From positions 333,904-362,212 of the forward strand of contig NW_005201154.1 of assembly GCF_000372725.1 (NCBI RefSeq): a stretch of 28,309 nt of DNA. The letters run 5' to 3'. Below, piece by piece: positions 1 through 7,766 of this stretch (position 1 is the stretch's first letter; the number at the start of each line of letters is the position of its first letter). A program made the translations under genes and the position numbers. The stretch is from Emiliania huxleyi CCMP1516. Lineage: Eukaryota. The notes beneath the pieces were generated by a model. The model searched no databases. It was not told the DNA's origin and saw only the letters and a program-made list of their open reading frames with translations.

Positions 1-226
1 TTCTCTCGGCGTTCGCCTTTCGCCCTGCTGCAGCATCCGTTCCCATCTCTGGCTGCCGTTCGCCGAGCGCCTCCTCAAAGCATGCGAGAATCTCGTCGCT
101 CTGAAGGTCACCCTCGAGCACGTCGTCGGCAGCGCGGATGCTCGCCCGGCCGGTCGGCCCTCGATACCTCGCAGTGGCGGCCGCCTCTGACAGCGGCGGC
201 AGCCTCCCAAGCTGGCCACGCATCAT
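1..226 (-). CDS. Possible 5' part of a hypothetical gene running off the left edge
   Basis: ATG at 226 opens a stop-free frame to the window edge (MMRGQLGRLPPLSEAAATARY...DDVLEGDLQSDEILACFEEALGERQPEMG); no recognisable domain. Confidence 0.25.
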   Translation of the reverse strand, partial: MMRGQLGRLPPLSEAAATARYRGPTGRASIRAADDVLEGDLQSDEILACFEEALGERQPEMGTDAAAGRKANAER

Positions 227-1452
227 GCTGCGCTTCGCGGCAATCGCGTAACGGGAGGCTCGCTGGGTTTTTGTGGCTTTTTGGACGGCTTTTTTGGGTT
301 CTCCCGCCCTCCAACCCCTCTCTTGGGTTTTTTTTTCGCCGGAATTCTTTTGACCGCGCAAGATAAAAGGGTGGCTAAGGGCTCTGCCCGCAAGGCGCCC
401 GCGTCGCAGACGCGGTACCATTGACAAATCTGCGATATACCCCCACACGAGCAAATAGCAAAATCCGAATACCGTGCACGAATCCGGCGATGTGGGACCC
501 AAGCCTTCAGCTGGTGCCAAGACGTAAAGTTGAAAGCAGAACGTCCGCCAAATCCGTGCTTTCGGAGCAACTGAGGGAAAGCTCCTGATCGAGCCCAGCG
601 TGCCCGCGGCCGCCTCCCGCGCAGCACCGCCGCTGCGGAATCGGATCGAGCCCATGGAGGAGGAGGGCGCAGTCGGCCAGCGCAGCAGGCGGAGTCCCTC
701 CCCGCGCCGGAGCCCCCCTGCAGTCGAGGGAGTCCTCGTTGGCGATGAAGGTGGCGACATCGAATCGCGGCCGACACACGTCACGGGAGGAATGGGCGAT
801 GAGCGGGAACGATGCGCGCTACGACGCCGACTCCGCCGTGCTCGTGGCCGCAGAAAGCCGCGCTCCAGGAGCACGCCAAGATGCAATGGCTCGCTTGCTT
901 CGATTCAGCTCTCTCGGCAGCAGAAGTGGGGCTGGAGCGGGTGGGGGTGGATGCCGATTGAGGGGGAGCGTCTCCAGCTGCGCCCTGTGGCAGCTGCGCC
1001 CTGTGGCAGCTAGTCGAGGGACTTGGTAGTTGTGACCCCCCTGAGTGAGGACAGGAGAGAGAGAGCGTTTTGTGGTGTTGGTGTACGCAATAACGGGACA
1101 GGGTGGTTGTTCTCTATATCTCCTCTTCTAGCTCTTAGCATGAGCTGCGCCCGGTGTCCGACCCCTTTTGCGCAGCGACACCTTAAACTTTTAGGCCCTC
1201 CAAATTCGGGTCGGAGCGTAGCGGAGTGGGCCCCGAGTTTGAAAAGGGCGACGGACGCTTGCGTCCTAGCCTCCAACAACGCCTCCCCGGCGCAGAGGGG
1301 CCCCCGGAGGGATGCACAACCGCTCCACGCCACGCCGCTTGCGGCGGTCCTCTTCCCAGCTCCGCTGAGCGCCCGTGCGTTATTTACTGCCTATTCCTTC
1401 GCCGCTTGCCTGGCTGCTCATCTCTTCTCCTCCTCTTCAGCCCGCCGCGCCG

Positions 1453-1911
1453 ATGGCGCTCAACATCAGCACCGAGCTCGGCGTGATCCGGCTGCGGCTC
1501 CGGCCCGACGCCGCGCCCGAGACGGCCTCGTACATCTCGCGGGCCGCCGCCGCGGGTGCATACGATGGCACCAGCTTCTACCGCAGCGACTTTGTGATCC
1601 AGTGCGGCCTCCACGGCTCGGGCAAGCCCAACCCGCTCGGCGTCGACCTCAAGGTCAACGAGACGGCTCTGCACCAGCGCGTGAGCAACGCGCGCGGCAC
1701 CGCCGCCGTGGCACACTGGGACGTGCCAGACTGCGGCAACACCGAGTTCTTCATCAACCTCGGCGCCAACTCGCACCTCGACGCGGCCTACGGCGGCTAC
1801 TGCGTCTTTGCCTGCGTCGAGGACGACGCCTCGTTCGCGGTCGTCGATCAGATCGCTGAGGCAGTGAAGCAGCGCAGCAAGGTCGCCATCCAGTCGATCA
1901 CCGTGAGCTAG
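1453..1911 (+). CDS. Cyclophilin-type peptidyl-prolyl cis-trans isomerase (single domain, 152 aa)
   Basis: ATG at 1453, in frame with ORF 1375..1911. Cyclophilin motifs: TELGVIRLRL..DAAPET, YDGTSFYR, FVIQCG, N.RGT.AVA, NTEFFINL..N.HLD, YCVFA.V. No intron needed. Confidence 0.88.
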   Translation: MALNISTELGVIRLRLRPDAAPETASYISRAAAAGAYDGTSFYRSDFVIQCGLHGSGKPNPLGVDLKVNETALHQRVSNARGTAAVAHWDVPDCGNTEFFINLGANSHLDAAYGGYCVFACVEDDASFAVVDQIAEAVKQRSKVAIQSITVS

Positions 1912-2298
1912 CTAGCGGCTGCAGGGGTGTGGGAGTCGGCCGGCGTGTTTGACTTAAGGGTTGGCGCCGCTGCGGATCGGAATCGGGGACGGCAGATCGC
2001 TCGGTGCATGTTTCCTGACGAGAGAGTGCACTTGGGGCACTTGGAGTCGTGCAGTCGGCAGCCTCACATCCAGGGCCGGGGAGCTGAGTGCATGCTTCCG
2101 TTTTCTCAGTTCTCACGTTTACGTTCCGTAAATACGTTGCTTATTTTTTTGCTCTTTGCCGTGCAAGACCGGAGCACCTTGCCGTCCCACACTCGCCCAC
2201 GCCGGGCAATCAGAATCACACACCTGGCACAGGAGCGTATGACCGCGCAGTGACCAGTGAGCAGTGTGTTCACTGGCGTCCCCACACCAGAGGCGCGG

Positions 2299-2352
2299 TG
2301 CACCTGAGATGATGGGATGTGTCATGTGAGAACCGTGCTTGTGGCCGATACG
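2299..2352. repeat. Dispersed ~54 bp repeat A, copy 1
   Basis: 48/54 identical to 6282-6335 in the same orientation. Confidence 0.85.
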
Positions 2353-2364
2353 TAGCATGCCCGG

Positions 2365-3549
2365 TCACGAGTGCGCGGCGTCGAGCTGGCTCGCCTCAGC
2401 CTCCAGCCACGTCTCGGCCTCTTGCGCCTCGGCCCCCAGCCACGCCTCCGCCTCGCGAGCCTCGTCCCCCAGCCACACTCCAGCCTCGGTCGAGCTCGCC
2501 GCCGCGCCCAGCTGGTGCGCCTCGCGGCCGACCGGAGAGGCAGCAATGGCTGTGAAGACAGCATCCGCCCGCTCCACGCACAGCCCCGCCCACTCGCGTG
2601 TCCGCTGGAGGAAGATCGCCTCGCCAGGCAGCTCGCCCCCACGGCTGCTGGGTGGCACCGAATCGAGGACCTGGAAGGCAGCGAACCAGAACGCCGCAAC
2701 GAGGATGAGCGCGTGCACGAGGGAGCAGACCTGCCCTCGCGTCTTTGACCCAGCCGACGGTGCAGCCGCGGGCGCGAGGCCGTCCCTGCTCAGCACTTCG
2801 ACTGCCATGCCGCGCTCCTCCTCCGCTGGGTCGTGCGATGAGCCCGGCTGCTCGAGCAACTGAGAGGCAGCTGGTGCCGCAACGATGACGCTGCCGTCAT
2901 CGGCGTCGACTGGTGCCGCAACGATGACGCTGCCGTCATCGGCCTCGTCGGTGAGACGCGTGTACCCACTCGCGGAGATACGCGCGTACCCGGTCGCGGC
3001 TGGCTTCTTCGCGCGCGACTTAAAGCTGAAGCCCTTTGTCGCCTTCTCCCGGCTCGGCTCCTCTCCGGCTGCCGATAGCAACTTGTTTAGGCCATTGTGC
3101 CGAGAGAGCAGCTCGCGCTCCCCCTTCTGCGCTTCGGCTAGCTCCTTTCGGGCCAAGACTGACGCCTCCCTGGCGTTCCGCTCCTTTGCCTCGGCCTCAT
3201 CGCGCACTTTCTTCAGCTTTGCTGCGGCCGCGTAGTTCTCAACATCGACGGCCGCCTTCATCTCCGACCTTGCAACCTTGAGGGCCGCAACGCGTTCCGC
3301 GAGCGTCGCCTTCTGATTCTCCACGAGGTCCTTGGCCGCCGCGACCAGCTCCTTGGCCGCCTGGAGCTCCCCCTCACATTGCTTGAGGTTGTTGAGGGTC
3401 TCGGCGTGGGCACGCTCAAAGGCGGCCGACGCCGCAGCCTTTGCGGCCTGAAGCTGCTCCTTCAGGGCGGCCGCCTTGATGTAGTCCTCTTCTGCTACGG
3501 CCACCTTGATGCGCTCCTGAATCTCAGCAACGCGCGCGTCTGCGGCCAT
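2365..3549 (-). CDS. Coiled-coil protein with two UVR (UvrB/UvrC-type) motifs and a C-terminal putative transmembrane helix (394 aa)
   Basis: ATG at 3549. Motifs IKVAVAEEDYIKAAALKEQL and MKAAVDVENYAAAAKLKKV; Ala/Lys/Glu-rich heptads; DDGSVIVAAP duplicated; hydrophobic LVHALILVAAFWFAAFQVL; C-terminal 11-aa EAxxWLxxEAx repeats. Confidence 0.75.
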   Translation of the reverse strand: MAADARVAEIQERIKVAVAEEDYIKAAALKEQLQAAKAAASAAFERAHAETLNNLKQCEGELQAAKELVAAAKDLVENQKATLAERVAALKVARSEMKAAVDVENYAAAAKLKKVRDEAEAKERNAREASVLARKELAEAQKGERELLSRHNGLNKLLSAAGEEPSREKATKGFSFKSRAKKPAATGYARISASGYTRLTDEADDGSVIVAAPVDADDGSVIVAAPAASQLLEQPGSSHDPAEEERGMAVEVLSRDGLAPAAAPSAGSKTRGQVCSLVHALILVAAFWFAAFQVLDSVPPSSRGGELPGEAIFLQRTREWAGLCVERADAVFTAIAASPVGREAHQLGAAASSTEAGVWLGDEAREAEAWLGAEAQEAETWLEAEASQLDAAHS

Positions 3550-3661
3550 CTGGAGGAAGATGTGTGGAACGTCGCCTCGGTTTTCCGCGCACGTCCGCTC
3601 CTTGTATTCCGCCGGCTTTGCGACGTGTTTGGGTTCGTGGCGTGCACTAAAACCAAAAACT

Positions 3662-6087
3662 ATGGAGCCCGTCGACGTCACCGAGGCTGCGCGCATTCAG
3701 GCCAAGGCGGACGCCAAGTCGTCCCGCGTTGCTGACCTCGTGGCGAAAAAGGTCGCGGCCGTCGATTGCGAGGACTTCGAGGAGGCGGCGAGGCTGAAGG
3801 AGGAGCTCAATGCAGCCCGGGCCGAGGCGCTTGCAGCGTGGCAGGCCGAGCAAGCAGAGGTGCTCGACCAGGTCGAGAAGAGCAAGACTGCGCTCGACGT
3901 AGCGGAGGAGTCGCTCAGCGTTGCAAAGCAGGCGCTGTCCGTGGAGGAGGTGGCGCTGAAGGAGGTGAACGCGTTGCTCAAGCAGAACATGGCGGCAATC
4001 AAGGCGGCGGTCAAGGAGGAGGACTTCACAAAGGCGGCAGAGCTGAAGGACGTTGCCGGAGTTGACCTTGGCGGGCGACTGGCCGCGGCCAAGGAGGCCG
4101 TCGCCGCAAAGAAGGAAACTCTCGCGGCTGCTAAGGAGGCCAGAGCCAAGGCCTTGACGGAGCTGACTGACACGATGCTGAAGCTCGATGATGGGAAGAT
4201 GCCTAAGGCCGCCAAGCCCGCAAGCCGGCGTCGTCCGTCCGTGGCGTGGCTAAAGCCGGGCGGCAAAGATGCCGCAGCGGGTGACGCGGAGCCCTCAGAG
4301 GGCGCCGCGGCTGGGGACGCGGACGCGCCGCCATCCAAGGCCTCGGGCCTGCGCCGTCCGTCTATGGCGTGGCTAAAGCCGGGCGGAAAAGATGTCGCAG
4401 CGGGCGACGCGGAGCCTGCAGAGGGCGCCTCGGCTGGCGACGCGGACGCGCCGCCATCCAAGGCCTCGGGCCTGCGCCGTCCGTCCGTCGAGGTAAGCCG
4501 GCCGCTCACACAACTTCTACTCTCCGCCCCCCTTACCGTGCACACGCCGCGACACAGGCGGTTGACTTTTCGTGTTGCAAGCCGGGCGCAAAGGCCGTCG
4601 CCCCGGGCGACGCTGCGGCCGTCGAGGAGGGCGCCAAGGACGAGGGTGGCACGGTCGAGGCGGTCAGCTTCTGGCGCTGCAGCGGGTCGCTGCGATCCTC
4701 CTCCCGTTCGGAGGGCGCACCGGAAGGGAAGGTTCGGAAGGTGCGCGACCCAGCGACGGCGATCCTCTCCGCGGTGACCGTGCGCAAGCTGGGCGTCGCC
4801 GAGCTCGACCCGATCTTCCTCGCCGCCGGCCGGATCGCCAACCACGCTGTCGTCCTCAACAATACGATGGTGAGCCTCGTCGAGGGTCTCAAGGAGAGCG
4901 TCGCGACGTGCTTCGGCGCCTACCAGTGCAGGCCGGTCCTCACGCAGGCCGGCCCCGCGTTCGCCGTGACGACGCTCTCCGACAGCGACGGCACCGCCTC
5001 GATTGTCGCGCAGTGCACGTCTCACCGCGGGCTAGTGGTGTGTGACGAGGCGCTCTATGGCGACGAGACAAAGCTCAACGCCGATGCCAAGGCGGCGCTC
5101 GAGGTTGCCTCCGAGGCGCTCACCGCGCTGACCGCAGCCGTCGCGGAGGCCAACGCGGGCGGCTGCGGCATCTCGTACCACATGCTCAACGGCAGCCTCG
5201 GGCTCCGGCTGCCGCCAGCCGTCGAGGAGGCGCCGGCAAAGGAGCAGAAGCAGAAGAAGCCCAAGAAGAAGGGCCTCATGTCCAAGTCAATGTCGCTCGG
5301 CCTTGGCGCGATGTCAAAGGGGGCGGGGCTGGCAGCGGCCAAGGCGAAGAAGCTGGCGGCCAAGTCTGGTGGGGAGGAGGGGGAGGACGTGGACGGCGCC
5401 GAGGGGGAGTGCATCGACGAGGCGGGAACGGTGGAGGACGAGGCGGCTGAGGAGGCCGAGGCGGCCGAGGAGATTGCAGAGGAGGTTGAGGAGGCCATCG
5501 AGGCGGTGGAGGCCGTCGGTGAGATTGAGGAGGACGAGGTCGACGACGACGGCCTGGGGGGGTTCGCTCCCGACGAGCCAGACGCCGAGGCTGCCTCTGC
5601 GGCGGCTGCTGCCTTCTCGGCGGCGTCAGCGGTCGCCGCTGGTCTGTCCAAGCGGGAGCAGTTTGAGAAGGCAAAGGCTGACTCGGCGCTGCAGAAGGCC
5701 GCGTTCCGCGCGTGCACTGTGTATTGCCAGGCGCTCTTCCGCCTGCGCCTCGCCCTCGTCTCTGCGCGCTTTGAGGGAGTGCTGCAGGGCGGCCTCCGCG
5801 CCGCGGTCGACGAGGTCCGCGCTCGCGTGACCGAGGTCTTCTCCGCCGCCGGCCGGCCGATCAACTGGCTCAAGGTGATCTCGCTCGACCTGCTCAAGCT
5901 GCTGGAGGGCAAGCTGGTCTTCAAGCTCAACCTCAGCTTTGACCACCTTCAGATGGACGCGGCGCTCAAGAAGTGCCTCAATTTCCTGACGCAGAAGATG
6001 GTGGGGATGATCGAGACGATCGCGGTCAAGTGCTATCTGCTCTTCAAGGAGTCGATCTCCATGGTGAAGAAGCTGACCTGTCTCGTG
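3662..6087 (+). CDS. Large coiled-coil protein with two UVR motifs; exon 1 3662-4492, exon 2 4558-~6087, 3' end lost in or after the gap
   Basis: ATG at 3662. UVR motifs AAVDCEDFEEAARLKEEL and KAAVKEEDFTKAAELK. A phase-0 GT-AG intron 4493-4557 (GAG|GTAAG...ACAG|GCG) joins ORF 3560..4777 to ORF 4369..7308. Lys-rich and acidic tracts; probable next donor G|GTGCGC at 6088. Confidence 0.75.
4228..4489 (+). repeat. Coding tandem repeat, 120 bp (40 aa) unit, ~2.2 copies
   Basis: RRPS[VM]AWLKPGGKD.AAGDAEP.EGA.AGDADAPPSKASGL occurs twice, followed by a third RRPSV. Confidence 0.9.
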
Positions 6088-6281
6088 GTGCGCCCTCGCC
6101 CGGCCACGTCCCTGTCCAGAACAGACTGGCCCATGCCCCCTACCTTTCCGCGCCCTGCATCTCCCGCAAATNNNNNNNNNNNNNNNNNNNNNNNNNNNNN
6201 NNNNNNNNNNNNNNNNNNNNNNNNNNNNNNNNNNNNNNNNNNNNNNNNNNNNNNNNNNNNNNNNNNNNNNNAGAGCCGCTT

Positions 6282-6335
6282 TGCACTTGACATGATGGGA
6301 TGTGTCATGGGACAACCATCCTTGTGGCCGATACG
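6282..6335. repeat. Dispersed ~54 bp repeat A, copy 2
   Basis: 48/54 identical to 2299-2352. Confidence 0.85.
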
Positions 6336-6370
6336 GGGGTGGCTCGCGTTTCGCGCGGCGCGCGCTGTCT

Positions 6371-6455
6371 TTCTCATCTCTCTCCCTCTCTCTCTCTCTC
6401 TCTCCCTCTCTCTTTCTCATCTCTCTCCCTCCCTCTCTCTCTCTGTCTCTCTCTC
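6371..6455. repeat. Imperfect (CT)n microsatellite
   Basis: Direct inspection. Confidence 0.9.
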
Positions 6456-7012
6456 GCGCGCAGGCGCCTGGGCGAAGCTGTCCGCACCGCTCCCCCGCCC
6501 TCCGGATGCTGCTAGCCATATGTCCGCTCCTCCTCCTCCCCCCCTCCGAGATTGCAATCTCGCCACCAGCGCCAGGGCCCCGCCGTTGCCGCTCCTCCCT
6601 CCCCCCCCACCGTTCGAAGAGCTTCATCTCGCCGCTGCATCCCCCGCCACCGCAGCAGCCCGTCTCAGCTCCTTGCCCCCGCCTCCTTTGCCCCCGCCTC
6701 CTTTGCCCCCCACCGACCGACAGCACCACCGCCAGCAACTCGCGCCCCATCCCCGCACCGCCGCGACACCGCCCGCATCGACCCCTTGCCGCCGCCGCCC
6801 CCGCCGTCCGCCCGCCCTCTGCAACACCGGAACACACCTGCGAGCGCCGAGCGCCGCGCCGCGCGCACAGCCTCTCCCTCCGCCTCCCCTCACTGCCCGC
6901 CCGCCGCGCCCCACCGCTGCCCGCCACCGCCGCCCGCCTCGATCTCCCCTCGAATCAGGATCGGCGAATCAGGAGCGCGGGAGCACGCGATCACCCACTA
7001 CTGCGGCGGCAC

Positions 7013-7318
7013 CCTTTGATTGCGGCGTCGGCCTCGTCCTGCGAGCCAAAGCGGACGAAGCCAAAGCCGCGCGAGTTGCCGGTGGCGTGGTCCTTGGGGA
7101 GGTAGCAGTCCTTGACCTCGCCGTACTTGGCTGCCAAAGCGCGTGCGGCAGTCATGAGCGGCGAGGCGGGCGCGGCGGGAGGAGTTCTGCGCGTGCACGG
7201 CAGTGGAGGCGCGCGGGCGCGGCGCGGCGGGCCGAGGCGCACAGAAGAGGTCCGTCAGCTCGTTCGTCGTCGTCTCGAAGGGGAAGTTGTCGACCTTCAG
7301 AGAGATGAGGTCTGACAT
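7013..7318 (-). CDS. RRM RNA-binding protein, SC35/SRSF2-like; exon 1 7318-7243, exon 2 7130-7013, downstream exons unresolved
   Basis: The spliced product MSDLISLKVDNFPFETTTNELTDLFSKYGEVKDCYLPKDHATGNSRGFGFVRFGSQDEADAAIKG contains RNP2 (LKVDNF) and RNP1 (RGFGFVRF) as in SC35. GT-AG intron 7242-7131 restores the frame. Confidence 0.82.
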
Positions 7319-7360
7319 TTTTGTTGTTTTCAACGAGGATTCAGTCCCTAGCTGGGTAGG

Positions 7361-7413
7361 AAACGCACCACCCCGGGCCCGGAATCGCACAGAGACAGTC
7401 ACACAACACGGGG
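7361..7413. repeat. Dispersed ~53 bp repeat B, copy 1
   Basis: Its reverse complement matches 22702-22754 at 49/53. Confidence 0.85.
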
Positions 7414-7418
7414 CTTGT

Positions 7419-7652
7419 AGCCTGGCGTTCGTGCCCCGTTTGTGCCGCGTCCCGTGCTCCCGAGTTTTTATTATTTCCCAGGGAAGGCGAGCAAAACATG
7501 AGCAATCGTGCTTTACGCCCGACTCGGAGGCCCCACCGGTTTGAGTGTGTGAGTGAGTATTCTTGATACGAAACCACGACGACACACACACACACACACT
7601 CTCCAGCCTGGCGTTTGTGCCCCGTTTGTGCCGCGTCCCGTGCCCCCGAGTT
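7419..7652. repeat. Local direct repeat (7419-7466 and 7605-7652) in the divergent intergenic region
   Basis: agcctggcgttYgtgccccgtttgtgccgcgtcccgtgcYcccgagtt, 46/48 identical. Confidence 0.85.
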
Positions 7653-7766
7653 CATTTAATAAACACACACTCTCCACCGGTTTGAAACGAAGCCGACAGA
7701 AAAAAAAAAGGTGATCTTCAATCCCGGGTTTCGTGCCTGCTCCCCACCCCTTCCAGCAGCGCTCAA

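Noticed and set aside
507..1333. Short ORFs upstream of the cyclophilin
   Set aside because: No recognisable homology; typical GC-rich shadow ORFs.
2299..2352. SECIS element
   Set aside because: Contains ATGA but no convincing SECIS stem with apical AA, and the neighbouring genes show no plausible in-frame Sec TGA.
2365..6087. Bacterial uvrB/uvrC genes
   Set aside because: Only the short UVR motif is shared; no helicase or nuclease domains, and the plus-strand gene has a spliceosomal intron.
4369..7308. Single 979-aa ORF
   Set aside because: It reads through an intron, an N gap, a microsatellite and the antisense of the RRM gene; only 4558-~6087 is credible coding.
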